A stretch of 64,000 nt of DNA, from positions 4,194 through 68,193 of the forward strand of contig DUPG01000010.1 of the NCBI GenBank assembly GCA_012838425.1, read 5' to 3'. How positions within the stretch are numbered: position 1 is the first letter of the stretch; every line of letters begins with the position of its first letter. Shown in pieces: positions 57,720-64,000 of the stretch. Below the pieces are notes generated by a model that saw only the letters and a list, made by a program, of their open reading frames with translations, ran no database searches and had not been told where the DNA came from. Source of the DNA: Clostridiales bacterium. GTDB taxonomy: Bacteria; Bacillota; Clostridia; Christensenellales; CAG-138. Made by a program: the position numbers and the translations under genes.

Positions 57720-58385
57720 ATGGAGAATATTGATTATAAAGGATTGTTTCCTAATTGGGATATGCTAACTGCCGAACAGCAGCAGCTTCTATTAGATTCG
57801 TGCTATGAAAAGAAATATAATAAGGGTCAGCAGGTGCATGGCGGCAATGAAAGCTGCTTAGGCATGCTTGTTGTAAAAAGCGGTCTTTTGCGTGCATACA
57901 TTGTTTCCGAAAACGGCAAGGAGATTACGCTGTATCGCCTTTTCCCCGGTGATATATGCTTGCTTTCGGCGTCTTGCGTGCTAAGGAATATCAGCTTTGA
58001 GATTTTCATAGAGGCTTCAAAGGATTCTGAAATATGTATTATCCCCACCGATACCTTCCAGCAGCTTTCTGAGAGCTCCATAGTGTTTTCTAACTATATT
58101 ACAGAGCTTATGGCTGCAAGGTTCTCTGATGTTATGTGGATATTAGAGCAAACATTATTCACGCGGTTTGATAGCAGGTTAGCTTCGTTTTTGATTGAGG
58201 AATCCAATATCGAACAGTCAAAAACGCTTTCCATAACGCATGAGGAAATCGCAATGCACATAGGCAGTGCCCGGGAAGTTGTTACCAAAATGCTCAAATA
58301 CTTCACACAGGAGGGCATTGTAGAGCTTTCCCGCGGGAAGATTCACATACTTGATATGCGCAAGCTCTATGGTTTAGTGCAGTAG
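57720..58385 (+). CDS. Crp/Fnr family transcriptional regulator
   Basis: cNMP-binding-like beta-roll and a C-terminal HTH (ITHEEIAMHIGSAREVVTKMLK). No N-terminal Fnr Cys cluster. Confidence 0.85.
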   Translation: MENIDYKGLFPNWDMLTAEQQQLLLDSCYEKKYNKGQQVHGGNESCLGMLVVKSGLLRAYIVSENGKEITLYRLFPGDICLLSASCVLRNISFEIFIEASKDSEICIIPTDTFQQLSESSIVFSNYITELMAARFSDVMWILEQTLFTRFDSRLASFLIEESNIEQSKTLSITHEEIAMHIGSAREVVTKMLKYFTQEGIVELSRGKIHILDMRKLYGLVQ

Positions 58386-58390
58386 AGTTA

Positions 58391-58419
58391 TTGACTTAAT
58401 GCTGATTTACTTGTACAAT
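58391..58419 (+). promoter_or_regulatory. Sigma-70-type promoter of the DUF1538/P-II operon
   Basis: TTGACT (58391-58396), 17-nt spacer ending TG, TACAAT (58414-58419). Confidence 0.55.
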
Positions 58420-58425
58420 CATTAA

Positions 58426-58441
58426 GTACGCATATGCGTAC
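58426..58441. promoter_or_regulatory. Perfect 16-bp palindrome GTACGCATATGCGTAC at the predicted transcription start
   Basis: Perfectly self-complementary, 7 nt downstream of the -10 box. Could be an operator or a 5' hairpin. Confidence 0.5.
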
Positions 58442-58480
58442 AGGGTATTATAGGCAACTTAATAAGAAAGGAGTAATGTA

Positions 58481-59977
58481 TTGAATATTCTTAGCGAAAA
58501 GCTAAAAGAGGTTCTATTTTCAGTAACTCCGATTGTCCTAATTGTCTTAGTGTTGCATTTTACATCACTTGTTCCGCTTCAAACTCCGCTTTTTGTTAGA
58601 TTTATAATAGGTTCGATTCTAATAATACTTGGTTTGGCAATATTCCTTGCCGGTGTTGATATTAGTATTTCGCGCATAGGCAACAACATAGGCTCATTCA
58701 TTGTAAAGAAAAATAAGATACTGATTGTTATTGTTGCTGGGCTTTTGCTTGGCTTTTTTATAAATTTTGCAGAACCCGATATTCACATTTTAGGCTCACA
58801 GGTGGAGGATGTAACAGGGCAACAGCTTCCACAGTTACTCTTAGTAGGCATAGTATCAATTGGAGTCGGGTTGTTGGTAAGCATTGGCTTGGTACGCATT
58901 GTTCATAACTTCCCGCTATATAAAATTCTGCTTATCACTTACGGTATAATATGTCTTTTCGCTATATTTGCAAGCGATACATTTGTTGCTATTGCGTTTG
59001 ATTCATCAGGCGCAACAACAGGTGCGGTTACTGTACCTTTCTTATTAGCGTTAGGCGCAGGTATTTCCGCTTTGAAGAAGGACTCTAAAGCATCAGAGAA
59101 GGACAGTTTTGGCATAGTTGGGCTTGCATCAGCAGGCGCGATAATTTCAGTTCTGGTTGCAAGTGTAATTACAGATTTGTCTATCGACCCGAATCTATCT
59201 AATAACGGAAGCGAAACCGTAGAGATTTCAGCTTCTATTATACAGCCTTTTATCAATAAGCTGCCTACTGTGCTTTTTGAAGCTTTCCTTGCGATATTCC
59301 CGATATTCTTTATATATATGCTGTTTCAGTTAATGTATCTCAAGCAGCCGAAAAGAGCATTTAGAAGGGTGATTTTCGGCTTGCTTTTCGCATTCATAGG
59401 GCTTGTGCTGTTTATGCTTGGCGTTCACGCGGGATTCTTAGATGTGGGCAGAATAGTAGGCTCAACATTGTCCGAGCCTGATAACAAGTTCCTGCTAATT
59501 GCCATTGCATTTGGCTTAGGTCTATTCACCGTATTAGCCGAGCCTGCTGTAAGTGTATTAACACATCAAATTGAGAATGTAACAAGCGGCTACATAAAGC
59601 GCAGGGTCGTTTCTATTGCGCTATCAATAGGCGTGGGGCTTGCTGTTGCGCTAAGCGTAGTCAGAATTTTAGTTCCTGAGCTCAGGCTATGGCATTTTTT
59701 GCTGCCCGGGTATATAATAGCACTTGGCTTGACATTCGTAGTGCCAAAACTATTCGTTGGTATTGCGTTTGACGCTGGCGGAGTTGCTACAGGTCCCATG
59801 ACTGCTACATTCATATTTGCGTTTATGCAAGGTGCGGCAGACAAGGTTCCAACCGCAAATGTTTTGATTGACGGCTTTGGCGTAGTCGCAATGATTGCGA
59901 TGACTCCGATAATAGCATTGCAGGTTTTGGGCTTGATTTACTCGATAAAGAATAAAAAGGAGCAGATAAGTGAATAG
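58481..59977 (+). CDS. Duplicated-domain permease (DUF1538-like, from memory)
   Basis: About 12 helices in two homologous halves (FDSSGATTGAVTVPF and FDAGGVATGPMTATF). TTG start with AAGGAG upstream. Confidence 0.7.
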   Translation: MNILSEKLKEVLFSVTPIVLIVLVLHFTSLVPLQTPLFVRFIIGSILIILGLAIFLAGVDISISRIGNNIGSFIVKKNKILIVIVAGLLLGFFINFAEPDIHILGSQVEDVTGQQLPQLLLVGIVSIGVGLLVSIGLVRIVHNFPLYKILLITYGIICLFAIFASDTFVAIAFDSSGATTGAVTVPFLLALGAGISALKKDSKASEKDSFGIVGLASAGAIISVLVASVITDLSIDPNLSNNGSETVEISASIIQPFINKLPTVLFEAFLAIFPIFFIYMLFQLMYLKQPKRAFRRVIFGLLFAFIGLVLFMLGVHAGFLDVGRIVGSTLSEPDNKFLLIAIAFGLGLFTVLAEPAVSVLTHQIENVTSGYIKRRVVSIALSIGVGLAVALSVVRILVPELRLWHFLLPGYIIALGLTFVVPKLFVGIAFDAGGVATGPMTATFIFAFMQGAADKVPTANVLIDGFGVVAMIAMTPIIALQVLGLIYSIKNKKEQISE

Positions 59978-60623
59978 CAAGTTTGAGATGATGTGCGTAA
60001 TCGTCAATCACGGTCATGGAAGCAAGGTTGTAAACATGGCTAAAAAATACGGTGTGGTTGGCGGCAAAATAATGCATGGCACCGGAACAGCCAACAGCAG
60101 AATTCTCGATTACTTAGGCTTGTCTGATATTAGGAAAGAGGTTGTGCTGATGTTTGCTTTTCCCGAAGTCGCCGCTGCTGCATTAGAGGGCTTGAGTAAA
60201 GAGTTGAAGCTCGAAAAGCCTAACCATGGCATAGCGTTTTCAGTACCAGTTATGCAGATAATAGGCTCAGCAAAGCTAAAATTAGCTGAATCAAATACTC
60301 AAATTGAAGGAGAAGATACAATGTATCAAATGATAATGGTAATTGTCGATAAGGGTAGGGCGGAAGATGTAATAGACGCAGCCACTGCCGCAGGTTCAAA
60401 GGGCGGTACCATAATAAACGCAAGAGGCGCAGGCGTTCACGAAACGAGCAAAGTATTCGCTATGGAGATTGAACCTGAAAAGGAAATTGTGATGATACTT
60501 TCCGAGCAGGAAACGGTAGAAGCTATAGTGAACTCAATCAGAGAAAAGCTGAATATCGACGCGCCCGGTAAGGGAATAATCAGCATACAGCCAGTTACAA
60601 GGACTTATGGCTTATACAAGTAA
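59970..60623 (+). CDS. Tandem P-II-like signal-transduction protein
   Basis: Two about 100-aa halves (MMCVIVNHGHGSKVV...GTGTA and MIMVIVDKGRAEDVI...ARGAG) with the P-II beta-alpha-beta pattern. GTG start with an AAGGAG SD. 8-nt overlap with the permease. Confidence 0.65.
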   Translation: MNSKFEMMCVIVNHGHGSKVVNMAKKYGVVGGKIMHGTGTANSRILDYLGLSDIRKEVVLMFAFPEVAAAALEGLSKELKLEKPNHGIAFSVPVMQIIGSAKLKLAESNTQIEGEDTMYQMIMVIVDKGRAEDVIDAATAAGSKGGTIINARGAGVHETSKVFAMEIEPEKEIVMILSEQETVEAIVNSIREKLNIDAPGKGIISIQPVTRTYGLYK

Positions 60624-60640
60624 AAATGTTTACTTCTGCG

Positions 60641-60680
60641 TCCCTCATTCACACAACGAATGGGGGATTATTACTAATTT
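60641..60680 (+). terminator. Hairpin after the P-II gene (weak U tract)
   Basis: TCCCTCATTC / GAATGGGGGA 10-bp stem (one G-U), followed by TTATTACTAATTTT. Confidence 0.4.
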
Positions 60681-60907
60681 TGACGAATGTTCACCCCTCG
60701 CTTAACTTTTACAATGTATTTCAATAAGTACAACATTGTTGCGCTCTTGCCAAACACTTAATTCTTTAGCAACAAAAATAGCAACTCAAATTATAAATTA
60801 TAAACACATATCATAAATAATGCTAAGAAAATAATATAAAATACAGAATATCATTACAATTTATGAGCAGATTATTGCGCAAAATCGTTCAGTATTATTT
60901 GCAATCG

Positions 60908-60936
60908 TTGACGCAAAACTAACAATGGCTTAATAT
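60908..60936 (+). promoter_or_regulatory. Sigma-70-type promoter of the pilin-like locus
   Basis: TTGACG (60908-60913), 17-nt spacer, TAATAT (60931-60936). The 5' UTR would be about 110 nt. Confidence 0.45.
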
Positions 60937-61054
60937 ATAGGCGGAATGCTTAATTCAGGCATTTTATATTATCCGGCATGTGGCAAGTATTGCTGAAAAT
61001 GACCATAAGGACAGCGGTACTTTCTACTGCATAAAATTATAATGGGTTGTTTTT

Positions 61055-61351
61055 ATGAAAGCAAAACAGCACAAAAAAGCCTTTACTATCGTCGAGTTGG
61101 TCATTGTTATTGCAGTAATTGGAATTTTAGCGGCAATACTGATTCCCGCATTCTCAAATATTATTGCAAGAGCAAATGCAAAAGCGGCATTGTCTGATGC
61201 AAGAAGCACGCTTACATCATTTTTAGCAGAGAATCTTGAAATAATTGATGGACAATTAGCCGCAAGCATAGTGATTTTCACTACAAAAGCGAGGAATATT
61301 TATGTTTACGGATACTCAAATCATTTTGCCGATTCGGGCAAGCTGCTATAG
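61055..61351 (+). CDS. Prepilin-type N-terminal cleavage/methylation domain protein (type IV pilin/pseudopilin-like), ending at an in-frame TAG
   Basis: MKAKQHKKA/FTIVELVIVIAVIGILAAILIPAF is a class III signal with Glu+5. It stops at TAG 61349-61351, in frame with the next ORF. Confidence 0.75.
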   Translation: MKAKQHKKAFTIVELVIVIAVIGILAAILIPAFSNIIARANAKAALSDARSTLTSFLAENLEIIDGQLAASIVIFTTKARNIYVYGYSNHFADSGKLL

Positions 61352-61372
61352 TCTGCTGGCAACCCATATAAA

Positions 61373-63850
61373 ATGGAGGATTTAGCGGAGCTGATAGAGC
61401 AATACAATTGCCCTGACGAGTCTTTATTAGGCATAGAAGAAGAAAGCAATTACGCTATTTTCCTGCGCACAACTCCTTCCGGCACCAAAGGCGGAATAGA
61501 GGAAATCAATGATATATTCGTGAACATCACAAGCAAGATCAAGGATTTGCCGAACAATGTGCAGGTTTTTGACGGATTTTTAGTAGGTGGAATAATCGAC
61601 GCAAATGATTTCCCGTCAACTGGCGGCACTAACCCCGGTGAAGTGCCCGGCGTCGGCGGAACCACACCTCATGCTACACCCGGTGGCAGCACTACTTATT
61701 CGGTAACATATGACAAGAATTGCGACGATGAAAGTATAGTAGCGCCTGTTGACAACAACCAATACACAGTGTTAAGCACAGTTACTGTTAAGGAAGCACT
61801 CGAGAGATACGGCTATTCATTCGATGGCTGGGAAGCTGCACACAATGGTCAGCTATATCAACCGGGCGACACATTCAATATGCCTTCAGGGAACACCACG
61901 CTAAAGGCGCGCTGGTCTGTATTGCCTAAATACACTCTTAGCTTCAACCTAAACGGCGGTGTAGATACCGAGAATGCCTTTAATGACATAGAGTTCTATC
62001 CGGGCGATGATATTGTACTGCCCTCTGCTGTTCCCACAAAGGAAAACAGTGCTTTCGGCGGCTGGGACTACGATGGCATGACAATTGCTGCAGGCGGCAC
62101 GCTAATTGATGCACCTGCTGAGAATATTGAGCTTGTAGCGAAGTGGACAGCGTATGAGTTCTACATTGTGTTTGACGCAAATGGCGGAACCGGTGCGCCT
62201 GCAAATGAAACCGTTCCTTGCGCAAGTGCAGGCGAATACACCGTTCCTCAAACTGTACCCACAAAGGCGAACTATGAGTTTGATCACTGGGCAACAACAC
62301 TCGGCACAAACGTTCAGCCCGGCGACACGATAGCATATACTCCCGACTTTGCCGGTCAAACAATTACTTTGACTGCTCAGTGGAGGCAGGCGCCCACGAA
62401 TTACACAGTAAGATTTACTCTAACTGATATGTTCAATGAATCTGGAACATTTACTGTTGATGTAACCATACCGTTAATACCCGGTCAATCAATTACTATA
62501 AATAATAGCAACTTCGCTGATTACCTGCCGGGCTATATGCCGTATGACAGCACAAATCGCTTTAACGCAACATATTCAAGAACATTCACGACAACGGGCA
62601 CAACCATTTCGCCTTCATCACAATCTGTCAATGTATATAGATACACAGTAATTGATGGAGAGGAATACATACTTTTGACCACCGATAAGGGTGTGAAGAA
62701 GCTGAGCGTTGATGAAACCCACATGGGCAAGAATTATCAGCTGCAAGCCAATATTACTACCTCGATAACTTTTCCGTTGGGCTGGGACGCTGATACCGCC
62801 ACACGCAGATTGCCATTCACAGGAAAGTTTGACGGCAACAATTACTCTGTAAAATTCTTCTCGAACTGGGCTGGTCATAAAGAATACGTCGGCTTATTCG
62901 GAAAAATCGGACCTACAGGTGTAGTTAAAAACCTCACAGTAGATCGTGGCGGTGTTGTTTCTGGTCATAAGTATATTGGCGCACTGTCGGGTTATAATGA
63001 AGGCACTATCATAAATTGTTCTACAATAGGAACAAATGATGTAAGCTCTATCTCTAATGCAGGGGATGTATTCGTAGGTGGCTTTGTTGGATATAATGTT
63101 GGCACGATTATGCACTGCAACGCCACTATAAAGACTGTTCAAGCCAGTGACGGTGAATATGTTGGTGGCTTCGTAAGCTATAACGCTTCAACAGGCGTAA
63201 TATTAGACTGTCATGCCACATTAACAGGCAATGTTAATCCCGGAAGTGGCGATGCTTCATATTCCGGAGGCTTTGTCGGCTACAATGAGGGCACAATCAC
63301 TTGGAGCTCTGTTTCCGCAACTGCAACGAACTCAGCTGTATATGGCAGATACTATGTTGGCGGCTTTGTAGGCTACTCATCAGGCACAATAGAGTACAGT
63401 TCTTCAGAATGGTATATGTTAAGAAACACAAACAGCTTATACGGTGATTACTTCGCAGGCTTCTGCGGTTACTCTGTCGGCGCTACTTTCAGAAATTGCT
63501 TCATTCGCGTAACACAGCAAATGCAGCCTCGAGGTGTTTATGCCGGGTTTACAGTATTAGCGTCAGGTAACACCACTATAGAAAACTGCTATGCTTACCT
63601 GAAATCAGTATCAGGAGGAAACGGCAACTTAGATATTACGGTAGTAGACGGCACTGCAACAGTATCAAACTGCTACTTAGTAACAACAGCAACCGGCACA
63701 CAGCACGCAACCTATGGCTTTACGAAGGTTGCAACTGAGGCTGATTTGAAAGATTCAGCAAGCGCAAACGCTGCCTGGGTAAACGCTGGCTGCTGGGATT
63801 TCTCAGGTCTTTATGTAAAGCTCGTTTCGTGGGAAGAGTTTAGCGCATAA
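61373..63850 (+). CDS. Repeat adhesin-like protein (InlB-B/Listeria-Bacteroides repeats plus GLUG-like repeats), possibly the 3' part of the pilin-like gene
   Basis: No signal peptide and no SD. Gly/Pro linker, three YxVxF..NGG...GYxFxGW-type repeats, and about eight (Y/F)VGGFVGYNxGTI repeats. Same frame as 61055-61351. Confidence 0.7.
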   Translation: MEDLAELIEQYNCPDESLLGIEEESNYAIFLRTTPSGTKGGIEEINDIFVNITSKIKDLPNNVQVFDGFLVGGIIDANDFPSTGGTNPGEVPGVGGTTPHATPGGSTTYSVTYDKNCDDESIVAPVDNNQYTVLSTVTVKEALERYGYSFDGWEAAHNGQLYQPGDTFNMPSGNTTLKARWSVLPKYTLSFNLNGGVDTENAFNDIEFYPGDDIVLPSAVPTKENSAFGGWDYDGMTIAAGGTLIDAPAENIELVAKWTAYEFYIVFDANGGTGAPANETVPCASAGEYTVPQTVPTKANYEFDHWATTLGTNVQPGDTIAYTPDFAGQTITLTAQWRQAPTNYTVRFTLTDMFNESGTFTVDVTIPLIPGQSITINNSNFADYLPGYMPYDSTNRFNATYSRTFTTTGTTISPSSQSVNVYRYTVIDGEEYILLTTDKGVKKLSVDETHMGKNYQLQANITTSITFPLGWDADTATRRLPFTGKFDGNNYSVKFFSNWAGHKEYVGLFGKIGPTGVVKNLTVDRGGVVSGHKYIGALSGYNEGTIINCSTIGTNDVSSISNAGDVFVGGFVGYNVGTIMHCNATIKTVQASDGEYVGGFVSYNASTGVILDCHATLTGNVNPGSGDASYSGGFVGYNEGTITWSSVSATATNSAVYGRYYVGGFVGYSSGTIEYSSSEWYMLRNTNSLYGDYFAGFCGYSVGATFRNCFIRVTQQMQPRGVYAGFTVLASGNTTIENCYAYLKSVSGGNGNLDITVVDGTATVSNCYLVTTATGTQHATYGFTKVATEADLKDSASANAAWVNAGCWDFSGLYVKLVSWEEFSA
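61697..62389 (+). repeat. Three tandem coding repeats of about 75 aa (Listeria-Bacteroides / InlB B-repeat type)
   Basis: YSVTYDKN...YSFDGWEA...LKARW; YTLSFNLNGG...SAFGGWDY...LVAKW; YIVFDANGG...YEFDHWAT...LTAQW. Confidence 0.65.
62885..63690 (+). repeat. About eight degenerate GLUG-like coding repeats (25-30 aa)
   Basis: YVGLFGKIGPTGVVKNLTV, YIGALSGYNEGTIINCST, FVGGFVGYNVGTIMHCNAT, YVGGFVSYNASTGVILDCHAT, YSGGFVGYNEGTITWSS, YVGGFVGYSSGTIEYSS, YFAGFCGYSVGATFRNC, and others. Confidence 0.6.
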
Positions 63851-63878
63851 GCAAAATATCTTTTCCTACCTCCTATCT

Positions 63879-63907
63879 AAGCGGGCGCAATGCCCGCTTA
63901 TTTTTTC
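63879..63907 (+). terminator. Rho-independent terminator of the adhesin gene
   Basis: AAGCGGGC-GCAAT-GCCCGCTT followed by ATTTTTT. Confidence 0.8.
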
Positions 63908-64000
63908 AATAATAATCAAACATTGGGTATTTGCTGTTATTATTATTCTATAAACGGAACACTGAACATGACAGGCAACAGCAATTATGTGCAGTTAGGT

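Noticed and set aside
61349-61351. The in-frame TAG read as pyrrolysine, or as evidence of a reassigned genetic code.
   Set aside because: TAG terminates clearly complete genes in the same window (lon and the crp-family gene). No pyl genes or PYLIS-like context can be seen here.
1-64000. A search for tRNA/rRNA genes, CRISPR repeats, transposases/IS ends, integrases, toxin-antitoxin pairs and known defence-system signatures.
   Set aside because: Nothing was found. All intergenic regions except 60624-61054 and 53199-53533 are shorter than about 250 nt, and no periodic direct repeats or recombinase-like ORFs are present.

Overview
This 64-kb window looks like a chromosomal segment from a spore-forming Clostridia-type Firmicute. 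I found no rRNA, tRNA, CRISPR array, transposase or prophage. Most of it is densely packed housekeeping operons in orders typical of Firmicutes:
- a Na+-decarboxylase beta subunit
- phoH-ybeY-cdd-era-(yqzL)-recO
- rnfCDGEAB and ppdK
- cysS, then racemase-argF-alr
- nadK-argR-recN-spoIVB
- thiolase, lon, deoB, spoIID and CoA-transferase A/B
- an uninterrupted sigK
- prfA, an ABC-F ATPase, and ybaB-recR
- a heterodimeric ABC exporter

The loci most worth a second look, in order:
1. 61055-63850: a prepilin-type N-terminus and an 825-aa repeat adhesin with no signal peptide lie in the same frame, separated only by one TAG.
2. 33314-34096: a Spo0A paralogue keeps the Spo0A DNA-binding domain, but the three key receiver residues are all substituted. 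An exact 0A box lies upstream, and the usual spoIVB-spo0A synteny is broken.
3. 53290-53533: a consensus promoter, a 28-codon leader ORF and mutually exclusive hairpins, including a strong terminator, sit directly upstream of the ABC exporter pair. This looks like a bmrB/bmrCD-style ribosome-sensing attenuator.
4. 50753-53198: an overlapping pair of a P-loop protein and a MutS-domain-V-only ATPase occupies the position usually held by dnaX upstream of ybaB-recR. The pair appears to be expressed from a leaderless mRNA.
5. Several uncharacterised membrane-associated modules: an HxxxDG acyltransferase operon, a DUF1538 permease with a tandem P-II protein, and a TIM-barrel / Zn-ribbon / MBL lipoprotein cluster.

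All functional calls rest on motifs and by-eye similarity. No database search was run.
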